DNA of 64,000 nucleotides from a virus (Duplodnaviria > Caudoviricetes), in IMG/VR virus record IMGVR_UViG_3300020460_000012. One strand, 5' to 3'. Each line of letters opens with the position of its first letter. Position 1 is the first letter of the stretch. The notes beneath the pieces are model-generated. The model saw only the letters and a list, made by a program, of their open reading frames with translations. It did not search any database and had not been told where the DNA came from. This document shows, piece after piece, positions 44,789-53,813 of the stretch. A program made the position numbers and the translations under genes.

Positions 44789-46557
44789 TCTACTACATCT
44801 ATATCGTTTGCGTAACTAGTGTAACCATTTTCTTTTACTACTCTAAGAACATGATTAACCCTGCCAATTAATTCGTCTTTGTGTGATATCAAGTAAATAT
44901 TTTTATCTCGTTCTCTACCCATCTTTTTCAAGATAGCCAAACTATTCTCAACTCCTGCTGTATCCATTCCGCTATCTATAAGCTCATCGATAAACAATAA
45001 ATTTACATTTTGATATAAACTTTCCCATACATCTCTAAAAGCAAAACTTAAACCAAGAATTAACCTATTACGTTCGCCTCTACTTAGATTATCAAAGTCT
45101 AAATCTTGTCCTAACTGTGTAATTTCAACAGTTAAATCGTTTTGGAACACAACTTGGTGTGGTAAACCAATCTTATCTAAGTAATATGTAAGTCTATTGT
45201 TTAGATAAGCTAAGTTTTGATCAATAATTTTCTTACGAATGAAACTATCTTTGTTTGTTAATAGTTTAAATAAAAATTCTTGGTGATCTTTATAGCTTGT
45301 TAGCTCATTTACGGCATCCCAGTTTACTTCTTGTATAGCTGTAGCTTTTAAATCATCAATTTGTTCCTGATAGGGATTATTTTCTGATTGTGTTCTAGCT
45401 AAAGACTCTTTTAAGTTTTCAACATTACTTCGATGTTCATATGCTTCTTTTGCTGTGTCATAAAATGTTTTAGGTTTACCATTTATATCGCCTATTTCGT
45501 CAAGTGAGTCTACAACGTCAGTGCATTTGGTACTAATTTCTGTTTGATATGCAACGGCATCTTCTAATTCTTTTGTTTTTGTGGCTAGTATTTCTTGTTT
45601 TTTATCTTCATTTAAGGGCTGATTACATGCATAACATATAGCATTATCAAGTCCTGCGATGTCTAAAGTGACTTTTTCTACAGACTTATCTGCACGTACT
45701 AATGCAGGTTCTAATGTACTTAATTCCTTTTTAAGAGCCAAAATAGTGTTGTTATGCTCCGTCCAATTAGATAATTTTTCATGACAATCTAGTTCAGTAT
45801 CAATATCTAGTTTATCTAATTCATCAATAGCTTTAGTAAGATTTTCACAGTCTTTTTTATGTTTTGCAGACCAAGCTCGCTGTCTTTGAGCTAGTTGTTC
45901 TATACTTGCTTTTATTTTTTCGTTAGAAGTTTCAATAGCTTCTATCTTTAATGTTTCTTGTGTAATTGCATCTTTTGTATCTTTAATTTTTTCTTTTAGT
46001 GCATTAGATTTATCAGTTAAAATTGTAATTCCAAGTAGTTGTTCGATAATTGCACGTTGATCATTCTGTCGCATAGACAGAAAAGGTTCAGTATAAGTGT
46101 TTAGTGCTACAATATGTTTGAACATATCGTGACTCATACCTAATAAGTCATTAATTGTTTCTTGTGTTTTACGTGAATCGCCTTGTGATTCGTCAATTAG
46201 TTCTTGTTCTTGATCATTTATATAAAATTTAAGCAAATTAGGGCCTCTGCCACGCTCGACCCTATAATCTACGCCGTCCTTTTCAAAATGCAAGGTTACT
46301 AACATACCTTTGCCGTTAGTTTTATTAATTAGGTTGTTTCTTTTAATATTTGTAAGAGCCATACCGTATAATGCATAGCTAAGTGCATTAATTATGGTAG
46401 TTTTACCTGTACCATTTCGCGAACCACTATCGTCGCCACCTTGATCTAAGTTTTCTCCAAGCACAAGTGTAAGTTGTTGTTGATCAAAATCAACAGCCTG
46501 AGTCTGATTACCTACACTCATAAAGTTTTTTACAGTTAAATCTTTAATTTTTATCAT
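44785..46557 (-). CDS. gp46: Recombination endonuclease ATPase subunit (gp46/SbcC/Rad50)
   Basis: KNFMSVGN, Walker A NGTGKTT, zinc hook CYAC, signature LSRGE, Walker B LFIDE, ISHK. Confidence 0.95.
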   Translation of the reverse strand: MIKIKDLTVKNFMSVGNQTQAVDFDQQQLTLVLGENLDQGGDDSGSRNGTGKTTIINALSYALYGMALTNIKRNNLINKTNGKGMLVTLHFEKDGVDYRVERGRGPNLLKFYINDQEQELIDESQGDSRKTQETINDLLGMSHDMFKHIVALNTYTEPFLSMRQNDQRAIIEQLLGITILTDKSNALKEKIKDTKDAITQETLKIEAIETSNEKIKASIEQLAQRQRAWSAKHKKDCENLTKAIDELDKLDIDTELDCHEKLSNWTEHNNTILALKKELSTLEPALVRADKSVEKVTLDIAGLDNAICYACNQPLNEDKKQEILATKTKELEDAVAYQTEISTKCTDVVDSLDEIGDINGKPKTFYDTAKEAYEHRSNVENLKESLARTQSENNPYQEQIDDLKATAIQEVNWDAVNELTSYKDHQEFLFKLLTNKDSFIRKKIIDQNLAYLNNRLTYYLDKIGLPHQVVFQNDLTVEITQLGQDLDFDNLSRGERNRLILGLSFAFRDVWESLYQNVNLLFIDELIDSGMDTAGVENSLAILKKMGRERDKNIYLISHKDELIGRVNHVLRVVKENGYTSYANDIDVVE

Positions 46558-47567
46558 TCTAAGCCGTTGTAAATATCCATTAGTGTTACTTTGTCAAAAT
46601 CTACAGTATCTAACTCTGCAATTTCACCTGCTACAATTTGATCTACACTTACAAATTGTGATATATCTAAATCTGTTGATATTTCGTCAATTTGTTTTTG
46701 TGGTATTAGCGTTAATTCTCTACAGTTGTAATCTTTAACAAATGTTTCTTTTATAAAGCTTGCCTCTTCATAAGATATTGGAACATCAATAGTTACACGA
46801 AGATACATTTTTGGTTTTATTAGCTTATCAGTATTTTCAAGAAGTTGTCTCAAACCATATGTACGATATTTTGGACAATCAAGCCAATTTATGTATTCTG
46901 GCTCTTTATTATTTTCTCGATCTAAAATCATCATGCCTCTTTCATCATCTCCTGCATCTGCATAATTGTGCGGAAAGGCATTTCCGATATAATTAATTTT
47001 TCCTTGGTGTTGTCTTTTATGAAAATGTCCACTAAAAACATATTCTTGATGTTTAAAATGTTCTACTTTAAGATCTCCGTGATCTGGCATTTTGACAAGT
47101 GCATTCATATAAAAACTAGGAAGCTCAAAATGTCCAAAAAGATATTTTGCTTTAATGTTGCTTATTTTTTTGTATTCGTCTTCAACTAACCAAGGCACAA
47201 GTGCAACATCTTCAACTACAGTAATTTTATCTACAAATGTTATTCCAGGAATATGCTTTGCAAATGCTGTACTGTTAACATCTCGTTTATCTTTGTAATA
47301 TAAATCGTGATTACCGTCAAAAAAGAAAAATTGTTCAAATGCTTTACCCAATTTTTCCATTGAACGTATAGTTGCGTCCATGGTTGTTAAATTTAATGAA
47401 TTTCTATTATGGTGCCAGTCGCCACAAAAAATTCCAGTCTCACAACCGTTTTCTTTTGCAGTTTGAATGTACCAGTCTATAAAATCTTCACAATCGTCGT
47501 TATGTACACGACTATTCCCTTTTAAGCCAAAGTGAATGTCTGTGAAGACTGCGGCTTTCTTAAACAA
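46554..47567 (-). CDS. gp47: Recombination endonuclease nuclease subunit (gp47/SbcD/Mre11)
   Basis: TDIHFG, GDWHH, GNHD, FGHFE, SGHFH, YIGN phosphoesterase motifs; TTG start. Confidence 0.95.
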   Translation of the reverse strand: MFKKAAVFTDIHFGLKGNSRVHNDDCEDFIDWYIQTAKENGCETGIFCGDWHHNRNSLNLTTMDATIRSMEKLGKAFEQFFFFDGNHDLYYKDKRDVNSTAFAKHIPGITFVDKITVVEDVALVPWLVEDEYKKISNIKAKYLFGHFELPSFYMNALVKMPDHGDLKVEHFKHQEYVFSGHFHKRQHQGKINYIGNAFPHNYADAGDDERGMMILDRENNKEPEYINWLDCPKYRTYGLRQLLENTDKLIKPKMYLRVTIDVPISYEEASFIKETFVKDYNCRELTLIPQKQIDEISTDLDISQFVSVDQIVAGEIAELDTVDFDKVTLMDIYNGLE

Positions 47568-47594
47568 ATTTAGTATACTCCAATCTACAGTAAC

Positions 47595-47623
47595 ATTATA
47601 TAGTATTTTTGTACGGCTGTCAA
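47595..47623 (-). promoter_or_regulatory. Perfect sigma70 consensus promoter for gp47-gp46-(GIY-YIG)
   Basis: TTGACA (47618-47623), 17 nt, TATAAT (47595-47600). Confidence 0.85.
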
Positions 47624-47626
47624 CCT

Positions 47627-48478
47627 CTATTTTGAAGTTTTATCTGTGAAAACACTAGTACCTGCTTCTTCATTTCTTTTTACACTAGCTTCCCACTCTC
47701 CTTGGTGCTGTCTAGTATAGCTAGGATTTAGATCATTCATTTCAAGAATATCGTCTCTAATGTTTTGATTCCTTTTTTCTATATTAATAACACGTACAAA
47801 CGAATTTGTAACTGCCGCTGTATAATATGCAAAAGGATTTTGGCTTTTTGATTCATCAAATTGCAATCCAATTTGAGTTAATTGTAAAATTGCTTGACCT
47901 TTCATTTCGTCATTATATGTGTAACCTCTAACATTTCCTCTTGTAGCATATCTATCTACAAGTTTCATCCACATCATAGCTAAATGATCAGTTGCCTTTC
48001 CGTGTGATTTGGAAAAATATCCATTCTCCATGCCTCCAACCCAATGACTTTTTCCTACTAGTTGTAGTTCATCGTTATCGTTAAATTTATAATGAACAAA
48101 AGGTGGAAAATTAAGCTTTTCTTTAGTATCTGCTATTGTTTTTGGATTTTTTTTGCGTCCAGCTTCATCTGGTATGTGATCAAATGTCATTACCCTAAAA
48201 ATAAGCTCTTCTTTGGTTATTTTTTGGTAAGGAACTTCACACTCTGCCTGTTTTACTTTTTCTCCAGCTAATTTTCTGCGTTCGTACTCAGCTTGACTAA
48301 GCTTTTTTGCTTTATTTCTTTTAGCTTCAGCAATAGTCCTTATATTAATCTTTTCAACATCAGGCAAGATAATATCGTAATTTGCATACTCCGGGTCTGT
48401 ATAGCTGTTAAAGGTATTTTTTGATTTGTGGATCTGCGTCAATATATCTTTGTTGTTTAAATAGTTCTTTTTTCGCAT
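47627..48478 (-). CDS. gp55: Late-transcription sigma factor (T4 gp55-like)
   Basis: YLNNKDIL N-terminus; RGYTYNDEM..QAIL...FDESKSQNPFAYYT..VTNSFVRVINIEKRNQ. Start reassigned to the ATG at 48478 (GGAG RBS). Confidence 0.85.
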   Translation of the reverse strand: MRKKNYLNNKDILTQIHKSKNTFNSYTDPEYANYDIILPDVEKINIRTIAEAKRNKAKKLSQAEYERRKLAGEKVKQAECEVPYQKITKEELIFRVMTFDHIPDEAGRKKNPKTIADTKEKLNFPPFVHYKFNDNDELQLVGKSHWVGGMENGYFSKSHGKATDHLAMMWMKLVDRYATRGNVRGYTYNDEMKGQAILQLTQIGLQFDESKSQNPFAYYTAAVTNSFVRVINIEKRNQNIRDDILEMNDLNPSYTRQHQGEWEASVKRNEEAGTSVFTDKTSK

Positions 48479-48503
48479 CATTACTCCAGTTGATTTACTA
48501 TTT

Positions 48504-48539
48504 ATTATAATATACTCTGTTAACTTTGTCAACTAAATA
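48504..48539. promoter_or_regulatory. Perfect sigma70 promoter for gp55 back-to-back with a plus-strand late promoter
   Basis: Minus: TTGACA (48527-48532), 17 nt, TATAAT (48504-48509). Plus: TAAATA (48534-48539). Confidence 0.8.
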
Positions 48540-48559
48540 CTAGTGGAGATTTAAAATAA

Positions 48560-49498
48560 ATGGCAATAAGTGGATTTAATCAACTAGCAAATAGAATAGC
48601 ATCTACAGCAGATACCATTTCTACAACCGCACAAACTATAAACGCTTTTAATAGAGGCTTAGGAAGTGGTGGTAATCTGATGAATACAGTTGCAAGTATA
48701 GGTAGGGGAGCTCAAACAGTTTCCAATACAGTAACAGCCGCCCAAGCTTTTTTAGGCGGATCTACTAGAGGTAACTTAGGAAGTTCAATACGCATGTTCG
48801 GTAATGCATCGCAAGGTGTAAGATTTAATGCGGCACCACCTGATCCTATGGTAAAACGTGCTATTGTATCAAATAGTGTGAATCCTAATTTCGACGGAGG
48901 CGACTGGCGAGTTTCTATTAGTGTGCCACCAGAAATACAAGGAGGACCTATTCTTGCTCCTTTAACAATGGAAGGTGGAAACTCAAAAATGGTTTTTCCA
49001 TTTAATCCTACAATACTTTTAGGTCATAGTGCAAACTATTCACCAATTACTCCAACACATACAAACTATGCCTATAATGCTTACCAAAACAGTCAAGTAG
49101 ATAACATTACTATTACAGGTGAATTTTACAACGAGAACGAAAATGATGCGAAATATTGGGTAGCAGTATTACATTTTTTAAGATCTGTAACAAAGATGTT
49201 TTATGGCGATAGTAATCCTCAAGGTAATCCACCTCCTGTATGCAGATTAAACGGATACGGGCCACATGTGCTTAGTAATATTCCTATTGTAGTAACAAAC
49301 TTTACAACAGACTTACCAGCAGATGTAGATTACATTGAGTGTACTGTACCTGGTGCATCAAAAAGAGACTTAGTACCTGTACAATCACAGTTTACAGTTA
49401 CAGTAATGCCACAATACTCAAGAAGATCAACAGCTAAGTTTAATCTTCAACAGTTTGCAAATGGCGACTTTACTACTGGCACAGAGGGCTTTGTATAA
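48560..49498 (+). CDS. Baseplate tail-tube cap / tube initiator (gp48/gp54-like)
   Basis: MVFPFNPTI, HFLRSVTKMFYG, PPPVCRLNGYG..NIPIVVTNFTTDLP.DVDYI; first gene of the baseplate operon. Confidence 0.7.
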   Translation: MAISGFNQLANRIASTADTISTTAQTINAFNRGLGSGGNLMNTVASIGRGAQTVSNTVTAAQAFLGGSTRGNLGSSIRMFGNASQGVRFNAAPPDPMVKRAIVSNSVNPNFDGGDWRVSISVPPEIQGGPILAPLTMEGGNSKMVFPFNPTILLGHSANYSPITPTHTNYAYNAYQNSQVDNITITGEFYNENENDAKYWVAVLHFLRSVTKMFYGDSNPQGNPPPVCRLNGYGPHVLSNIPIVVTNFTTDLPADVDYIECTVPGASKRDLVPVQSQFTVTVMPQYSRRSTAKFNLQQFANGDFTTGTEGFV

Positions 49499-49794
49499 TG
49501 ACAAATAAACTAGGCCCATACAAAAATACTCCTGTAACAAATACAGGATTTTTAGATATTTTTAAACCTGTACCTATTCCTGTAGCTGGCAATGATGTAT
49601 TATATGAAATATTACCTCAATACAATTACAGACCAGATTTATTAGCTTATGATCTTTACGGAAAAAAAGAATTATGGTGGGTGTTTGCTCAGCGTAATTT
49701 AGACGTGTTAAAAGATCCTATTTTTGACTTTGTTGCTGGTACAAAAATTTATCTTCCACAAGGATCAAATTTAAGACAATCTATAGGATATTAA
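49498..49794 (+). CDS. gp53: Baseplate wedge subunit gp53-like (LysM-like)
   Basis: YRPDLLAYDLYGKKELWWVFAQRN..DPIFDF..GTKIYLP. Confidence 0.8.
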   Translation: MTNKLGPYKNTPVTNTGFLDIFKPVPIPVAGNDVLYEILPQYNYRPDLLAYDLYGKKELWWVFAQRNLDVLKDPIFDFVAGTKIYLPQGSNLRQSIGY

Positions 49795-52700
49795 ATGGCT
49801 TCTTTTTTTAAAAAGTTAACTAAGGCCGCTAGCACTATTTCAACAATAAAAAGTGTTACAAATTCTGTTAGCACAGGAAACTTTGGTAGCCTTGCTAACA
49901 CTGCAATTAATATAGCTAGCAATCAAAATAATATCACACAGCAAATTAATTCAATAAGTGGCTTTGGAAAAGTAGCATCTCAATTTGCAAGCACAGCAGG
50001 AAAGTCATCATTATTTGGACAAGACTTTACAGGAGGTACATTTGGGTTTCCGCAAAATAGAGGAAACTTTAATTTCGGTACAATTTTAGGAGGTGCTTTA
50101 GAATTAGAAGGCTTAGTAAATAGTCCAATTAGAATTATTCCTAAAAGTGCCGCAGAGATTTTTAATTTAGAAGGAGGCAGATTTGATTTTTTACGCCAAG
50201 CCGCTTCTGACCTATCAGAATTAAGTGCATACAGTGATTTCGTGGACGATAGTTTTTATGATCCTAGAGATCCTGTTAAAAAATCCGGTGCATCAAAAAG
50301 CAGAATAGAAAATCCTTTACGTAATTTTAGTTCATACAATTATAAGTTTACAATGGGAATATTAAGTGCAAAAGAATTTAATAATCCTAATTTGTATAGG
50401 GAAGCAGACGGATTTCAAAACTATATTATTAAAAGTACTGGAGGTCAATTAGAAAAACGCTATCAAGTTTTAGACGAAGTTGAAAGAAGCCCAGTTGGCC
50501 ATGGTGAATACTTTATTGAAGATTTCAATTATGAAGGATTAGTGGCACCTAATCCCGCTACCGGTGTGACAACAGGTATGCTTATACAGTTCAAAGTAAT
50601 AGAACCATTTAGTATGGGAAATTTTACAGAAGCAATAGTAGGGGCTAGTGCATCTTTAGGTTATAAAAATTATTTCTCAGCTCCTTTTTGTGTGAGACTA
50701 GACTTTTCAGGTTGGGGTGAAGAACAAGAACAATTAAAATTAAAGCCTATATTTTTACCTCTCAAAATAAATCAAATGGATATGAGAGTTACAGGACAAG
50801 GTTGTGAATATGATGTATCAGCTGTGCCATTTACTGATTTAGGATTAGCAGATAATATTAATAAAATTATGACTAATGTAAATGCACCAGGAAACATTGT
50901 GCATGAAATATTACAAACAGGTGAAGATTCTTTATCTAATAATTTAAACAAAAGAATAGAAGTTTTAGAAGAATCAAATGTAATCCCCGGGTATGATAGA
51001 TACTTAATTTGCTTTCCAAAAAACCGTGACAGTATTTTAAAATATTTAGAAACTGGTAGACAAAAAGTTGAAGAAACTACAGCATTACAAGAAGAGGTTA
51101 CAAAACAAGGATTAGCATCAGAAGAAGAAATTGATCAAGAACTATTATTCAACCAACAATCAGTTACTGATAAAAAGAAAATAGAACCATCATCTCAGAT
51201 GTTTGAAACTTTGCTAGCATATGCAAGTGATGAAACAAACATGAATGAAATAGGATTATCTGCTATTGTAAAAGATGATGCAGAAGGCGGCGATGCACCT
51301 ATGGCAACATTTAACGGTGCATATTCTGGTGCAGGAGCAGAGCCAGAACGTGCTAAATTAATTAGAAAAGATGCCGCTGTAGCACAACAACCTACCAAAG
51401 GTAGGATTACACAGTTTTCACAAGGTGAGTCTATAATAAGTGCTATAGAAAAAACATTACTTAACAGTGAATATTGTAAAGAAAATGCAGTAAAAGAAAG
51501 TGATAGTAAAGGTGTTAAAAGGTGGTTTAGAATTGATCCCTATGTGTATTTAGAAGAAAACAAAACAACTGAAGAGAAAGTAGGTAGACCGCCTGCTGTA
51601 TTCATTTATTGTGTATATCCTTATGAAACTGATGAAGCTAAATTTTTAGGACCAAAACAGATTCCTAAGAATACAGCAGGATTAAGGCAATCTGCCGCAA
51701 AAGAATACAATTATACCTATACAGGTAATAATGAAGATGTATTGAGATTTGATATAGAATTTAACACTGCTTTTATGAAAACTGCCCTTGCAGGCTACGG
51801 TAATAACTCTGGAGCAATGCAGGCTGAAGCAAGTCAATCTAAGGTTATTTCTGATAGTAGTCCTAAAGGAGCCAAACTTGCTGAAACTCCTCCTGAAGCA
51901 ACAGATGCTGTCGAACAATCTGCAGGCACTCAAGAAGTCACACGTTCCGAATCAAACAATGCTACAAGAAGTTTAGATATACGTAGACAAGTAGCTGAAC
52001 AATTTCATGATTCTATTACAAATCAAATTACAGATATGATCAGCGTAGAAATGGACATATGGGGAGATCCGTTTTTTATGCCTCAAGAAATAGGCAACTA
52101 TGCTCCTAAACAATCAGGTGCTTCTCCTAATTCAACAGAAGATGGAACAATGACATATACTAAAGGTGAAGTATTTGTAGTTGTAAATTTTAGGACACCA
52201 TTTGATTATCAAGTAGATGGAGCGTTAATGGACCAACCAGTAATAGTTCCGCAATTTAGTGGATTGTTTAGTGTATGGAAAACAACAAGTACGTTTAGTA
52301 ACGGACAGTTTACACAAACATTAAATTTAATTAGAAGATATGGACAGTCACAAGAATCTACCCCAAATAATAAAGGACTTATTCAAATTGAAGAAGATGC
52401 AAAAATGAAAGAAACATTGCCTAATAGTTCTAAAGTAGACGATAGTCAAAAATTAGGTAGCAATACTCCTTCTGAAACACAAACTGCTGTTAACCAAGCT
52501 TCAAATTTACTTACACAAATAGAAAATTCAGGATCATCAGTAGTAGGCGATGTTACAGGTGCAATAGCTAACCAAGCCCAAATAAGCCAAGGTATTGTAG
52601 CTAATCTAACAAGTTCAGGATCAGTAGCATCACAGGCTATTTCAAATCTAACAAGTTCAGGATCAGTAGCATCACAGGCTATTTCAAATCTAACAGGCTC

Positions 52701-53124
52701 GGGGGCAGTAGCATCGCAAGCACTTTCAAAATTTACTGTGCCTACAACAGCTAATCTTTCTGTTGATAACTTCGGCTTTAACAAATTTAAAACAAGTGAT
52801 ATAATAGGAGATACTAGTCAACTTGTTAATGATGCATTAGTAAATGCTATTCCATCATTTGGCCAAGTTAGTGTTGACTTGTCTACGCCTCAAGGTCAAT
52901 TAGGTGTGCTTACAAATACTATCAACAAAGGATTTGATGATATATTAGGAACAAAACCAAGTCCTGCAATAGTTGATGCAACTGAAGAACTTAAAGGATT
53001 AGCCACAAGTGTAGCAAGTATTGATTTAGGACCATCAATAAATCCAGAATCTATTACAAAAGATCAGACACAAGCACTACTAAAAATAGCTCAAGCTAAA
53101 AGAATGAGAGGAACAGTAACATAA
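49795..53124 (+). CDS. Baseplate hub protein (gp27/gpD-like), 1109 aa
   Basis: NPLRNFSSYNY, SVEMDIWGDPFF, FSGLFSVWKTTSTFSNGQFTQTLNLIR; lies between gp53 and the spike gene. Confidence 0.6.
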   Translation: MASFFKKLTKAASTISTIKSVTNSVSTGNFGSLANTAINIASNQNNITQQINSISGFGKVASQFASTAGKSSLFGQDFTGGTFGFPQNRGNFNFGTILGGALELEGLVNSPIRIIPKSAAEIFNLEGGRFDFLRQAASDLSELSAYSDFVDDSFYDPRDPVKKSGASKSRIENPLRNFSSYNYKFTMGILSAKEFNNPNLYREADGFQNYIIKSTGGQLEKRYQVLDEVERSPVGHGEYFIEDFNYEGLVAPNPATGVTTGMLIQFKVIEPFSMGNFTEAIVGASASLGYKNYFSAPFCVRLDFSGWGEEQEQLKLKPIFLPLKINQMDMRVTGQGCEYDVSAVPFTDLGLADNINKIMTNVNAPGNIVHEILQTGEDSLSNNLNKRIEVLEESNVIPGYDRYLICFPKNRDSILKYLETGRQKVEETTALQEEVTKQGLASEEEIDQELLFNQQSVTDKKKIEPSSQMFETLLAYASDETNMNEIGLSAIVKDDAEGGDAPMATFNGAYSGAGAEPERAKLIRKDAAVAQQPTKGRITQFSQGESIISAIEKTLLNSEYCKENAVKESDSKGVKRWFRIDPYVYLEENKTTEEKVGRPPAVFIYCVYPYETDEAKFLGPKQIPKNTAGLRQSAAKEYNYTYTGNNEDVLRFDIEFNTAFMKTALAGYGNNSGAMQAEASQSKVISDSSPKGAKLAETPPEATDAVEQSAGTQEVTRSESNNATRSLDIRRQVAEQFHDSITNQITDMISVEMDIWGDPFFMPQEIGNYAPKQSGASPNSTEDGTMTYTKGEVFVVVNFRTPFDYQVDGALMDQPVIVPQFSGLFSVWKTTSTFSNGQFTQTLNLIRRYGQSQESTPNNKGLIQIEEDAKMKETLPNSSKVDDSQKLGSNTPSETQTAVNQASNLLTQIENSGSSVVGDVTGAIANQAQISQGIVANLTSSGSVASQAISNLTSSGSVASQAISNLTGSGAVASQALSKFTVPTTANLSVDNFGFNKFKTSDIIGDTSQLVNDALVNAIPSFGQVSVDLSTPQGQLGVLTNTINKGFDDILGTKPSPAIVDATEELKGLATSVASIDLGPSINPESITKDQTQALLKIAQAKRMRGTVT
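52603..52720 (+). repeat. 42 bp coding tandem repeat (NLTSSGSVASQAIS) x~3
   Basis: aatctaacaagttcaggatcagtagcatcacaggctatttca exact at 52603-52644 and 52645-52686, then a degenerate third copy. Confidence 0.9.
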
Positions 53125-53789
53125 TGTCAGACTCACCTCAAGATAATACATATACTATAAATGATGCTCCATCAATAGGTGCAGATCCTAATGCTAATCC
53201 TCACGCTTTTAAAGTAAGGGGAGACACTTTTTATCAAACTATAACACCTTCTGGTGTAGTTACAAAAGATCAGGTGTTTGCAACTAAAACTACAGACGAT
53301 GTTATACCACCAGAAGCTGTTGAGCAATATAGTGCTTATTTAATTTTATCAAATAAAGTTAAACCTATTAGTAATTTAACTCCAGAAGAATTTTCTATTA
53401 ATCAACAATACATAGAAGAAGCTGTAAAAAGGAGAAATAAGGCATTAGATTTAATTGGTGGAACAGAATATACAGAAGAAAATTTGAATGTAATTGCAAA
53501 ACAAAAACCTTTAGCAACATCAGTACCAGATTTTCAAGTAGATGCTAGTGGCAACACAGCTCCTTCAGTAGTCAGCAAAGATTTTGCACACCTACCTGCT
53601 GATGCAGGTGTTTATTCTTATCAACAAATTGACTTATATGACGATAGATATGATTTTGAAACAGGAAAGAAAATACGTGTAGGAGTTGCAGGCGGAATAG
53701 CAGGCGGTGCAGGTAATACTACAACAGAAGGTAATACAGAATCTACAGTAGAACAATCAGAGTATCCTAATTATGGTCCTCCGATGTAA
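53124..53789 (+). CDS. Hypothetical baseplate-operon protein, 221 aa
   Basis: TAATG-coupled to the hub gene; no motif recognised. Confidence 0.5.
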   Translation: MSDSPQDNTYTINDAPSIGADPNANPHAFKVRGDTFYQTITPSGVVTKDQVFATKTTDDVIPPEAVEQYSAYLILSNKVKPISNLTPEEFSINQQYIEEAVKRRNKALDLIGGTEYTEENLNVIAKQKPLATSVPDFQVDASGNTAPSVVSKDFAHLPADAGVYSYQQIDLYDDRYDFETGKKIRVGVAGGIAGGAGNTTTEGNTESTVEQSEYPNYGPPM

Positions 53790-53813
53790 TAATTATAGTA
53801 AACTGGATATATA

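Noticed and set aside
48479-48532. TTG start and N-terminal extension for gp55 in the ORF track
   Set aside because: That TTG is the -35 box of the promoter; the RBS-supported start is the ATG at 48478 (or 48481).
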